A stretch of 63,978 nt of DNA, counting the filler, from Welwitschia mirabilis (taxonomy: Eukaryota): the NCBI GenBank assembly GCA_051453625.1. It is 9 parts of one record of this genome, joined end to end, with 100 filler letters (N's around TTAATTAATTAA, not from the genome) between each part and the next. Parts side by side here need not be neighbours in the genome. Positions count along the whole stretch, not along the records: positions 8,140 to 24,449 come from JBOZIK010000001.1; positions 24,550 to 27,579 come from JBOZIK010000001.1; 7 more parts are not named here. The stretch is one strand, 5' to 3'. The position numbers and the translations under genes are program-made. How positions within the stretch are numbered: the stretch's first letter is position 1; each line of letters starts with the position of its first letter. Below are positions 13,901 to 25,501 of this stretch, piece after piece. The notes under the pieces were generated by a model, which was given only the letters and a program-made list of their open reading frames with translations, was not told where the DNA came from and did not search any database.

Positions 13901-14699
13901 AGCTATTAGTGACTTTGCTATAGAGAAGTTAAACAAGATCTTCATGTAGATTTTTCTTTATTAATCTACTTAATAAAAAAATAATTTAAATTAAAAAAGG
14001 AAATGTTTATATAAAATTGATTGATCATGGACATTAAAAAGTATAGATAAAATTTAGAAAATTTATTGAAATATCCTTCCAACACTTTTAGATATAGATG
14101 AATTAATATCTATAAGGTTTTAGAAACTTGTTCCTATAGTAGCTCCCTTTTGATTTTTCAATTATTACATGAGTTAAACAATGAAATTAGGCTTTAAAGA
14201 GTCGCAATTTAATATTTTTTCAAATTGCAAATCCTTTTGCATTGCATTCAATAACTTTTTCTATGAGTTGTTTATTAACATAAAGACTAGTTTCATAAAC
14301 TCATGATTTTCTCCATCTAAATTATTTAAAACCTTATTTAAAAAACTTGTAATCATATCCTTAGAGTCTCTTCATAAAGTTACTTTAAACTAGAGTTGTA
14401 GATAAACTTCAAGCCTAGTTGTTATTGATTAGAGTCTTGAAATGAGGTATAACTTGGACAACAAAAAGAAAATAAATCATAGAAAAATGCATTTGTAATA
14501 AGGGATATGTAATAAATTTTTTTTATTTTTAAATATACAATTCTCCAACTTTTGATTCCTAGATTATTTGAATGGATATTTATGTTACATCTTATGATTA
14601 GAAAAAAAACTTTAGAAATGAAGAGAAAAAAACCATTATTAAGGAATTATTAAGAGGGAGTTATAAATCAAAGAGACACAAATTTGCCTCATATTTTAT

Positions 14700-16560
14700 T
14701 TTTATTTTGTTTTGTGTTTTTCTTATTTTTTAGAAGTTCTTGTTCTCATTGAAATTTTGATCCAAAAGTCTTTATTTGAATCTAACTTTCTTTTGGCCTT
14801 GCGTCATTCCCTATAGATGGAAAACATTCTTATATTATTGAGAAGTAAACAATGTCTACATGTATTTCCTTATCGCTAAAGCATTTTATTTTACAAGTCT
14901 ATACCTTCTAAGAAACATTGATTAGACAATATTTTAGAATAATAAGAATGATACTTTTAATGTTCTTTATTAAGATCTTCCTCCTTATTCTGTATGTTTT
15001 GGTTTATGTTACAATGTTATACTTCCACTGGTAAAACATTCTCCACAATTACTATTCATCGTTGGCTCTAATTTAAATTTAGCATTATTACTAAACTTAT
15101 CATTTATGAAGATAACTTTTCTATTTGCGTAATGACTTTAGCTAAAAAATTTACCCTTCATAATCCTTCTAAAAGAAAAATAATACCCTTTTCATGTGCA
15201 ATATTCCTTCTTAATACTTGGAGGAAAAGCAATACTGTTTTCATCAAATTCACCATTCTTTCATATGAATACTAATGAGTTATAATAATGCTTGATATTA
15301 GAATGAACAAGTAACAAATAGGATGACTTAAATACCTTATTATTAGTATTTGGTTTTGATTCTACTACTTCTTTTGTTTTAAAAGTAATTAGTTGGTTCA
15401 CACCTCTCTCAATTATAAAAGTTTATATTTGAGAAAAGTGAGTAATAGGAATAGAAAGGATGGAAAGTGAATAAATAACTTTAGTTGTCATTGATAGCAT
15501 CTTATTATTATCATGTATTAAAGTCTTTAATGGTTTTGTAAACTTTAATTTATCTTTAAGATTAACATATTTGTTAAATGATATAAGATTAAAAATTTTC
15601 TTTAGTTAATTTATGATTAATTCTTTGTTTTAGTTTTCATAAGTTTCAGGATTCATGTGAAAACGAATTTCTTGTATCAACAGTAGTATTCAACATATGA
15701 GCAAAAATCGAATGCTCTAACATATTACTATAGATAAATCTCTTATTAGATTGATCATAATCCTTTAGTATAATGACTAATGTTTCTAATAGCATGTTAT
15801 CAATAGTGCCAACAATTTTCATCATGATGTCATGTATGATTGTCTTTAAAAAACTAATATCATTTTTTAAGGAACATTAGTTGGTTCATCTAAAGCAACT
15901 ATTTGGATAAGTTGTGAAGGTGATTGGGATTTTCTATTAAGAATGGATGTCATCCTTCCATATCCATTATTTGAAAAATAGCTAGATTTAACCTTGTAAA
16001 AAGAGATAAGCATATAACTATTACTTTTATCTTTCACTTCAGATGTCATAATTTCAAATATGTTTTCTTTAAAAGTAATATTATAATCTTCATCTGATGT
16101 AAAATTCTGAGGCAATTTTATTTTTGTTCTAGCTTCTCTTCAAAGCAAATTCTATGGATGAAGTTTATTGTTTATAGTTATGAAAGTATTTACTATTTAC
16201 ATTATCTAGGAAAAGACTATAGTTAATATTTCTAGAAACCATAAATATAATATAGTGAGAGGCCACTTTCTTTTTGGGTTTAGATAGAAGATTTGACTAC
16301 ATATTTTCAAACATAACTTTGTTTATTCAAGATTCACTTAAACCAATATTACAAATGAAATATAGTTTTTAATGTAATTCTTCAATGAAAGATCCATTTT
16401 ACATGCTAATCCATCAAGTATAAAAGACTTTGAATTTTTAGAGATAGTTACATTTCCTTACTTTAATAACAGACCCAATAATCATAAGGCTTTTTGAGTT
16501 CATTTATAGCAGATGCACCATTAGAAATTACCATTTTGCAGCCAATGTTCCATTCTGTTA
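14700..16560 (-). pseudogene. Decayed accessory ORF of unknown function, likely retrotransposon-borne
   Basis: Long mostly open minus-strand frames with a few shifts: ..LLETLVIILKDYDQSNKRFIY..IIERGVNQLITFKTKE..KVFKSSYLLLVH..; no gag/pol motifs. Confidence 0.5.
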
Positions 16561-18823
16561 ACATATTTCTGATCATTCTCATAAAATTGCTATAAGAATT
16601 TGTTAAGCCATTTATAGATGCCATTAGGTGTTTCAAAGGTAGTCTTCCACTCATTTCTCTCTATTATGTGAATTTAATGATGTCCACATTTTAGGTTAAT
16701 GTTGTTAAACTAGTACGCCCTTGCTAAGTTGTCCAAAATATCATCCATTCTTAGTATTGGAAATTAGTACCTAATAGTATTCTTCTTAAAAACCCTTAAA
16801 TTCACACAAACTCTTATCTATTGACTATCTTTTCTTAGCGTATGAAGACAAGCTTTTATGACTTAGGTCCTTTTCAAAAGTTCTTGAAATTGCCTTTAAA
16901 TCTCCTACTTCTTTGGTAGTATCCCTAGGCATCTTTATGAAAAAGTATAGCTCCTAGAATGAGATCTATTTAGTGTTCTACAACTCTTATAGGAGGTATT
17001 ATAAGAGAAACTTCTTCCATCAAAATGCCTACAACTTGTTATTTTAATTATTCAACTTTTAAAATCTTTTATTACATAATGTGTATGTTTTATTATGCTA
17101 GTGCCATAACCACCTCCAATGCGTCATTTACTTCACGAAGAAACTCCTTTCCGTTTAGCTAGAAAATTCCTAATAATTGGTATCTTCTTTCTATTCCAAG
17201 AGTTTCAGCCTAAATATTTTATCTTTTGTTTATTATAGAATAGGTATCTTGCACTTTCCCCTGATTTCTTTACTCATCCAATTATCAAAGTCTTCCAAGA
17301 AAAACATAGCACACACTCATGGGTACTACATATATAATATTTAAGCATAATCATTATCTTCATTAAAAGTTACCAAATATTATTTCTTTACTATTACATG
17401 ATAATTCTTTTTAAGCGATGATACTTTATATAGTGTAAGATGTGGCTTTACTTTCAACTTTATTTTTTCCACCATTTTTGTGAAAACAAGATTAATAAAG
17501 ATCCCATTATATATAATGATGTTGAAGACTTTTCCCTTATATCTACATCTTGTTTTAAAGGTTTTACTTCTTTGAAATGATTTTTTTTCCTTCCTTTTCC
17601 CTTGCATTAAAGTCCTTTTCCCTAAAAACTTATGACTCTTTTTTTTCCTTTTAGACTTTCTTTTCTTATTTCTGTTATTTTGTTCTCTTTATCTTGTTGA
17701 CACCTTACACTTCTAGATCAGACTTTTATTGACATATATAATCACAAGGTTTTTATCCACCTTCTCTATAAATGAAGCAAATGGAAGAGTTTTTCATGCC
17801 TTCACCTATCATTCTTCTCCCTCTTCATCTTAAGAGAGATGATTCTTTTTGAGTTGTTCTATTTATTCTTTGTTGGTTTTGTGGTTTTTCTTTATATGTG
17901 CCTATTTCATATATTGTTCTTATTATTTTCATCTCTTAATTTGTTTTTTGTTTCTCTTCTACTCTAAAAGAATAAAGATATGCTTTCTCCAAAGTTTTGG
18001 AATTACATATAGCCATTTCTTATTGGATGGAAGGTATCATTCTATTAATGAACCGTATAATCTCTTCTTCTACAATTCCAATTTGGCTAAAATGGATAGC
18101 ACATTTATGAAATGCTTTCATGTATTATCTGATAGTCTTGTCCTATTACTTGAAAATGTGCATCCATCTAATTACATCAATTTAAATGTTAAAATCAAAA
18201 GCTTATTTTTCATCATTTTCTTCATATTTTTCCAATCTAAACTTGGGTATAATATCCTTGTTGTATGATGATTTTATTTTCTTTTACATTAAATGATTGC
18301 TTTTGCTCTTAATTTTATCTGTATAGATGGAACTCTATCAGCTTCCTCCACATTAACTTTATTAAAATGCTTCTCTATACATCTAATTTAATTAAATAGC
18401 ATTTTAGATTCCATACTCCCATCATAAAATGATACCTTCCTAATGGTTTTTCTCTTCGCTCTTCCTAAGGCTTTCATTATCTCTCTTCTAGTATCCTCTA
18501 AAATGTTTTGAAATATCTTGTTGTAGAATCTTTTGTTTTCTTCCTAACTTTCCTGTTTCCAATTATTGTTGTTGTCTATTGGATTTATATATATTCCTAA
18601 AATATCTTCAAGATTCATCTTTTCTATCATATTCTTTATTAAGACTAGCATAACCTCTTTTTTTTAAATTCTTTTGTCTTCATTCTTTTATTTAAATTAG
18701 CTATAATGCTTTTCTTAGGTGGAATTTCTGGAAACCTTTATAATACAAGCTTAAATTCTTATGTGGCTAATGTTATTTAACACCTTTTAGTAATTTCAAA
18801 ATTCTAATCTAGCTCTAATTCTA
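16560..18823 (-). mobile_element. Ty3/gypsy chromovirus, CRM-type gag-protease-RT (truncated within RT); degenerate PBS-Met at ~18812-18823
   Basis: gag VSFYDGSMESKMLFN*IRCIEKHF, IKLRAKAII, DWKNMKKMMKNK; protease QRSKTFKTRCRYKGKVFNIII; RT RVCVN..TIRY*FPILRMDDILDNL, EWKTTFET, LTNSYSNFMRM. TAGAATTAGAGC resembles TGGTATCAGAGC. Confidence 0.8.
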
Positions 18824-19059
18824 ATCTAAGAAAAAGTGAAATGGGGAATTAGGCATGGTTAGAAAAACTAATTTAAAAAAAAATATTGTAAAAAATGCAT
18901 TTATAGCAAGTGAGAAGCAATAAAGCTACTTTATTTTTAAGTACAAGATTCTTAACTTCTAATTGCCACCTTTTGATATCCTAAATTGATATTTATATTA
19001 AATTTCATAAATAAAAAATACTTTAGAACTAAACATATTAGAGCCATTATTGAGAAATT

Positions 19060-19240
19060 TCTTAAGAGGAGGTGATGAATTAAAAAGACATAAATTTTAA
19101 TCCATATTTTATTCTTAGTCTCTTTTGTCTTTTTATTGTTCTTTAGAAGTTCTTGTCCTCTTGATAATTCTAGTTAAAAAATCTTAATTTGATTTTAACT
19201 TTTCATTTTCACTTGCATCATTATCATGGAATGGTTTATC
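19060..19240. repeat. Diverged direct repeat of 14650-14820
   Basis: Shared blocks TTAAGAG(G)GAG..AAAGAC/AGAGAC..AAATTT..CATATTTT, TTTAGAAGTTCTTGT(T/C)CTC, TAACTTT..CTTGC(G/A)TCATT. Confidence 0.7.
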
Positions 19241-20099
19241 TCTGTATGTTCTTTTCATTTTATGAATTAGCAATTGAAATAAAGATTACAAGATGCAAAG
19301 AGGCGACAAGTGTAAATAGGGTGTAGGCAATGGCAACATAGAATTAAGATGTAGTGATGGTTTATCATTAAAGCAGAGTAGCAATGTAGGATTGTAATTT
19401 ACTAAATATTTGTGTAGCAATGACATGGTATAGATACATTATAGTGATATTCACTAGATGCACAACAGGGACATAAAATTAATCTAGAGATGAAACAATA
19501 AGGACTAAGCAATCTTCAACTAAATGATATGATTTAGGATTTAAAGCTACAGGCAATGATAAAAAAAGAGGAAAAATGATATAATTAAGTAAATAAAATT
19601 GTGAAGAATGAAACATGTGATACATGCTACTTTTAATATGATTAAAAGATAAGATGTTATGTAAAGTACCATAGAACTGATATAAGCCTTGTTCAGGAGG
19701 ACTTTTCTAATGATAATTAAAAAAAGTATTTCATCATTTATGAATTTTTAAAAATATTTTGTTAATTACTTCATTTAAATTTTGTTTTTATTATTGTTCT
19801 TATTAATTCACATTCCTCAATATTTATTTATAGAAGAGTGTATAAAAAATACATACAAAAGTTAAGAATATTTTTATGTTAAACACGTTAAAATTGAGGC
19901 ATAAGAATGTAACATCTACTAAATTATAATATGAGGTATATAAAAGCACACAAAAAATCTTCACTATCAACTTCTCATAAAAGGTGCGTAAGACAATGCA
20001 TGGCACTAGCAAAAAGAATAGGTGAGAGAGGTCATCTTATCATAATTATTAGCTAGTCAATACAATTTACTTAGTAATTGTTAACTTGAAACATGAAAT

Positions 20100-22240
20100 G
20101 AGATATTTCATTTCATGTATAAAAGATGCAACCTTTTCCAGCTAACAAAACACTATAAGATGAAAAGCATCTATTTTGAAGCCAGAGAATCACTCACTTA
20201 AATTAAGATCCAAATAGAAAAAAGTATATGAAACACTTGAAGTTACATAGGCATAATTCTAAAGACCTCTACAAGTGGTTCATCCACAAATCACTTGCCT
20301 ACATGCTTGCCAAAAGTATTATTTTCAATAATGATTCATTCTTAATTTATTAACTTATTTATCTAGTTGAATACAACCTTTGGTTTGTACTAAGAGTTGG
20401 ATTTCTTCACACTTCTCATTTTTTGTTATTCACAAAGCAATCTCCTAATATTTTCACATTTAGTTATAAATATAATAAATTTATGAGATAATATCATATC
20501 TTCCACACTTAATTCCAAAACACAAGATTAGAGCATCCTTCCTTCTAAAAACTATTTCTAGCATAGTATCAAAGGCAAAGGTTGTAAGTTTGTATAACAT
20601 TAAGATGATTATGATGAATCACCAGATTTAGAACTAAATGTTACAATCCTAAGGATGACCTTAACGAAATATCAAGTTTAAAAGCTCATGGTCTTGAACT
20701 GAGATAAAAGTGATAATAGAAAGAGAAGTTCATTGATAAAACTTTAAAAGTTGCAATAGGCAGTTGTGATTATTAATGACATGAAATAAATTCATTTATT
20801 TTATTAACCAATATTAGTAATCAAACTTAAGTTACGATGGAAGTTATGATTTAAATTTTCAACACAATAATTAATGTAAATTGAAAATGTATAAGAAGGG
20901 AAGAAGCAAAACTATTTTTCATCTAATTCGAAGGCATCAAAGTTATAGAAGTCAAATCCATGAATTTGAAGAAAAGATAGCTCTTATAAGTTTTCCGTGG
21001 TTCATGTCGCAATAAAAATAGAAGATGATTTTATCAAAGATTAGTACCCTATAATCCTAATTAACGAAATTGAAGGAATAGACTAGGTATATTAAGAAAA
21101 AAATTAACAAGATTAAAAGGGATTGGTTCATATATAAAGCACCAAAATATCATGAAGCATGAATAAGTAAGAATGAACTTATTTTTCTAGATAAATCACT
21201 ATGATGATATATTATAGAATAATGAACCAATCAAACTAATATTGATAGGATATATGAAGTAGACACATTAAAGGTGTTTCACAAACATCTATTAAAACAC
21301 GTAGTGATGAGGTTATGAAATGTAAAAATCAATAAGATTGTTGATGATAAAAATTGATAGCATAGATGATGTGATCGAAACATCAAAATGTCATTTTTAG
21401 ACGATAAAATGGAAGAATAAGCCATAGTTTCATCTATAAAGAAACCTAATAACTCATTTTTCTTCTCCTTACTTTCCAAAACACTTTTACATGAAATAGA
21501 ATGAACATTACCTCATTGCACTTTCTTTACTAAATAATATAGAAATGTTTGAAAGGTATACATTTTTAAAATCAGTATCACATGATTTACTAGATTTAGT
21601 ATTAAATATCCTTGTTAATGTAAATGAATGTAAAATTAATGTAATCTCCAAAATCAATTTGAATTTTCATGGTAAAATTCACAAATGAATTCTATAAGAA
21701 GGGTCAAAGCTATGTGTATTTTACCTTTTCATATTGTAAAGTTGAGATCTATGAGTTTGAAGTGCTATGATTCTTACATTACCATGAAAGCACTAAAGTG
21801 AGTTTAATATCACTACTCTCCTTATAGCTAAAGCTATGTAATTCTGTTTTGTACTTTTGTCCATTATTTATCTTTTACTACTTCATGTGTACTGCTATTC
21901 CTAAAGGAAAGAGATTTAGAATACTTTAAACTGATAAATATTTATAATGATATAGAAGAGATATTACTATAAATTTATTCTCCATCAAATTGAGATTTAT
22001 TACAGATGTTATGACAAATCTACATTTAATATTAGTAAGAAACCTTATAAAAATCTAGACATGTAGGTTTAACATATTTATGTGAAATTCAGATGCTAAA
22101 ACTAGTGAAAATTCATTTGCTTTTTAGTTAGGCACTTACATAGATGAATCCATCATTGTATAAAAAGAAACTAAATTTGAGAGATACAAGATAACATCAA
22201 AGTCATTCCATATTATTATCATTAATTTTGATGAAATATT
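20100..22240 (-). pseudogene. Second decayed accessory ORF, possibly homologous to 14700-16560
   Basis: Minus-strand fragments LTLLIEFICEFYHENSN*FW, KNELLGFFIDETM, LIFFLIYLVYSF occur in the same order as the xYDxxNKRF and FKSSYL motifs of the other ORF. Boundaries uncertain. Confidence 0.4.
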
Positions 22241-22242
22241 AA

Positions 22243-22410
22243 CTGTTGTGAAGTTTGATGAAGCAACAAGGAGAAAGTTATAATAAAATAATAAAAATAG
22301 CTTAACTTGAAGAAAATCTAGATAAGAAAAAGAGATGAAATAAAATAAGAAACATACCTATTAGTCATAGGTAAGAAGTTAGCAAAATAAACAGCCATAC
22401 CCTATTTATA
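22243..22410 (-). promoter_or_regulatory. Putative TATA box (22410-22403) and 115-nt intron (22357-22243) upstream of the accessory ORF
   Basis: Minus strand GCTATAAATAGGG; then AG|GTATGT donor, T-rich body, CACAACAG| acceptor. Confidence 0.4.
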
Positions 22411-22574
22411 GCAAAAACCTAGGATTAAGATTACTTACTTAAATTTGATTTAAATTCCATTAACTAAACTAAGATTTGCATAACTATAGTTATCTTTTTT
22501 AACTCAATTTAACTAAAGTAAATCTTAACTAAGTTCAAGTAAAACTTAACTTGAAAATGGTGTAAAGATGGATA

Positions 22575-23468
22575 GGTGATGTTACGCTAGTGGATCTGAC
22601 ATTACATAGCAAAGCCTACAACACATTTAGATGCTTGACATCACATTTGTAATGCTAATACTACCCAATGTTATAGTTGCCTTAGCATCACACTAATAGG
22701 ATTGATGTCACATAGTAAGCCATGAAATCACACTTTTGATGCTAATGTTACACTAGGAAGTTGCATTTTAAACTTACCTTAACATTGAACTAGTGGACCA
22801 AACGTTGCATTATGAGCTTGAACGTTACACTTTAAGATCCAATATCATAGTATGAATCTTAACATCACATGTTCCTTGGTATCATAATATTAGGATTCAT
22901 GTCAAATATTGAGCCCTAAGATTATACTATTCTGTCTAACATCACATTGTAAAGCTAGACATCATGCTTATCTTAATGTCACATTGGTGGATTTAACATT
23001 ATATAGGAGCCTTGATGTCATATTTTGAGGTCCAACATTGCATTATGAATCATAAAATTACAATTTCCCTAATGACACTATTGTACGGCTAACATTACAC
23101 AATGAACCTAACATTGCACTATGAAGTCTGATGTTACACACTAAGTTCCAATTTCATACTTGCCTTGATGTTTCATTAGTAAGCCTAATGTCACACTGTG
23201 AATCTTGATATTGCATTTTCCTGATGTTACACTAGGGGGTTTGCCATTACCCATGAAGCTATGATGTTGTACTATAAGGATTGATATTATACTTATTCAA
23301 ACATTACATTATGGAGCTTGACATTGTGCTATGAAGTCCAACATCACATAGTGAAATTGCATTATAGTTATCTTAACATCATGTTATAAAGCCTTATTGT
23401 CATATAGTAAAGCTCAATGTCACATCATGGAGCTTAATATCACACTATGAAGCCCAATGTCAAACTTA
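22575..23468. repeat. Degenerate minisatellite, ~20-bp units with interspersed ~17-bp units (roughly 45 copies)
   Basis: Units such as GATGTCACATAGTAAGCCAT, AACATCACATTGTAAAGCTA, AATGTCACACTGTGAATCTT, GACATTGTGCTATGAAGTCC. Confidence 0.85.
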
Positions 23469-23939
23469 AATATCTGAGATAAGCATCTTAGTTACTATAA
23501 GTTTATGAAGTCAATCAAAGTAGTCATGATAATTAAGTAAGTTATATAACCATTGTGCTATTTGTCTAATCCTTTTAAATGGAAGACTATATAAATAAAC
23601 TTCTAGTTTTCCATTTTAACATTAAGAAGTAATGAAACCTATTAATGACTTATGGAAAAGGGAATAAATGTCATTATTAACATTGGGTCTCAACTAAGTA
23701 GCATTTACTCTTAAAATAAAGAAAATTTTTTGAAAGAGAAGAAAATCATTCCCAAATCACCAGTAAGATTGATAATATCTGAATTATTAGAAAGATAGAT
23801 CATAAGAATTAGCATTTATAATATCTAACAAACATTAGAAGATTATGAAAATTTCATCTTCAACCTAACTTTAACATCAAGATATAACTCTCCATACAAA
23901 GAGGCTAATCTACAAATTTTACAATTAAGACTCATTAAT

Positions 23940-24449
23940 GTGGAAGTCAATATTTGGGCATGCCTATCTAATGAACTCCTTGACCCCACTTAAGGACAAC
24001 AGAGTGAGGAGATCGTATGGATAATTTGCCTTTAAGTCTATTAATAACAAGTCACTACCAATAAGGAGGCTATGGCATGATTAGAATAGATAGAGTACTA
24101 CTTTGTCATAGAAAACATTCCTCTTGATAGAAGATGTGTTTACGCTACTATCTTTATTATAGAAGTACTTTAGAGTGATGGCTAAGATTATAGTAAAAGT
24201 ATATGAATTTTTTCAATGAGATACATTCATGGATGATTTAAATAAGAAGTTTAGTCCTAATGATTTTATTAAAGATTAGATAGTTGAGTCTCAGTGTTTA
24301 GATTTAAACAAGCTTCCACTTAAGGATCATTGGTTTGAATTTTAACATCTTATAAAATATTAGAATAAGTTCTTGGAGAAGCAGTATTTGAGGTTAAGCT
24401 TTTACAAATAAAAACTAAGTCCTTTATTATAGAAAGGTCCCAAATGTCA
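23940..24449 (+). pseudogene. Ty3/gypsy gag fragment (retrotransposon gag domain)
   Basis: EAMA*LE*IEYYFVIENIPLDRRCVYATIF resembles the WLxxxExYF..IP..R..A gag motif; followed by TFMDDLNKKFSP. Confidence 0.6.
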
Positions 24450-24559
24450 NNNNNNNNNNNNNNNNNNNNNNNNNNNNNNNNNNNNNNNNNNNNTTAATTA
24501 ATTAANNNNNNNNNNNNNNNNNNNNNNNNNNNNNNNNNNNNNNNNNNNNAACTTCAGTA

Positions 24560-25490
24560 CAGTTTAATCAAAAAGTTCGTTTCATCTAATCCAAGACCAA
24601 GGCTAGATCAGATCTGAGAATGGGTGGTAACTAAATAGACTGGAGTTAATAAATTTGATGTTATTGCTATGTCAGAAGGGCTGGTGCTTTTCTAGTTGGA
24701 CAATGAATGAGATGGAGATGAAATAATCACGAGAGAACATTGGTTCTTTCGGGTATGGGGTCTTGCCCTAGCCAAATGGACGTAGGGGACACATTTGAAG
24801 CCAAACCTATTTAAAAAGTTGCTAATCTAGATCCGCATCCACAAATTCCCATTGGAGTATTGGGATGAAGATTTCTTAAAGAAAATTGCTACTCAGTTTG
24901 GTGAACTAATCAAGGTAGATAGGATTACTATCAAATATATGAGACTAGTTCTAGCTAGATTTTGTATATGGATGAGTTTAGATGATACAAAAGAGATTTA
25001 TTTTGTAAACTTTAAATCTAAATGGGGTACTTATAAACTTAAAGTTACTTATGAGGACCTTCCGGTCCCATGTAATGTTTATGGAAAATCAGGGCACATT
25101 TTGGGGAGATGTGTTTCTTCTGAAAAGAGATGCTTATATTGTAGTAGAATGGGTCATTTAAGAGAAAAATGTAGAAAACAGTTGGTTGACATTGAAGAAA
25201 ATCAAAGGAAACCTGTACTTTTTGCAGGAAGACTAGACATAATCAGAGCATATGTCGGCATAAGCAAAGGAAGGAAAGCATAGGGAAAAGTACTATTGTT
25301 TTCCCCAAGGAAACCAAGGACAGCAAGGAGAAGAAGGTACAAGAAAGGGAGTACAAACCCTTCCAATCTCTTATGAAAGAAGAAGAATAGAACCCTTCGA
25401 GAAAGGGAAACAATAGAGAAGGTGGCTAATAGCTCCCAAGCTACCATTGAAGATACGCTCAGAAAAGGACAAGCATCCAGAAAGAGATGA
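24560..25490 (+). pseudogene. L1 LINE ORF1 (DUF4283-like domain plus zinc knuckles)
   Basis: EHWFFRVWGLALAKW; IRIPQIPLEYWDEDFLKKIATQFGELIKVD..LARFCI; YEDLPVPCNVYGKSGHILGRC and CLYCSRMGHLREKC. Confidence 0.88.
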
Positions 25491-25501
25491 AAACACTTCC
25501 A

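Noticed and set aside
14100..16560. Endogenous caulimovirus or Helitron explanation for the unexplained ORF
   Set aside because: No movement protein, coat zinc knuckle, Rep or helicase motifs were recognisable.
17849..18268. 139-aa hydrophobic plus-strand ORF
   Set aside because: It is the antisense of the CRM-type gag region.
22575..23468. CRISPR-like appearance of the arrays here and at 40482-40752
   Set aside because: Degenerate units, no constant-length unique spacers, no cas genes, and a plant retroelement context.
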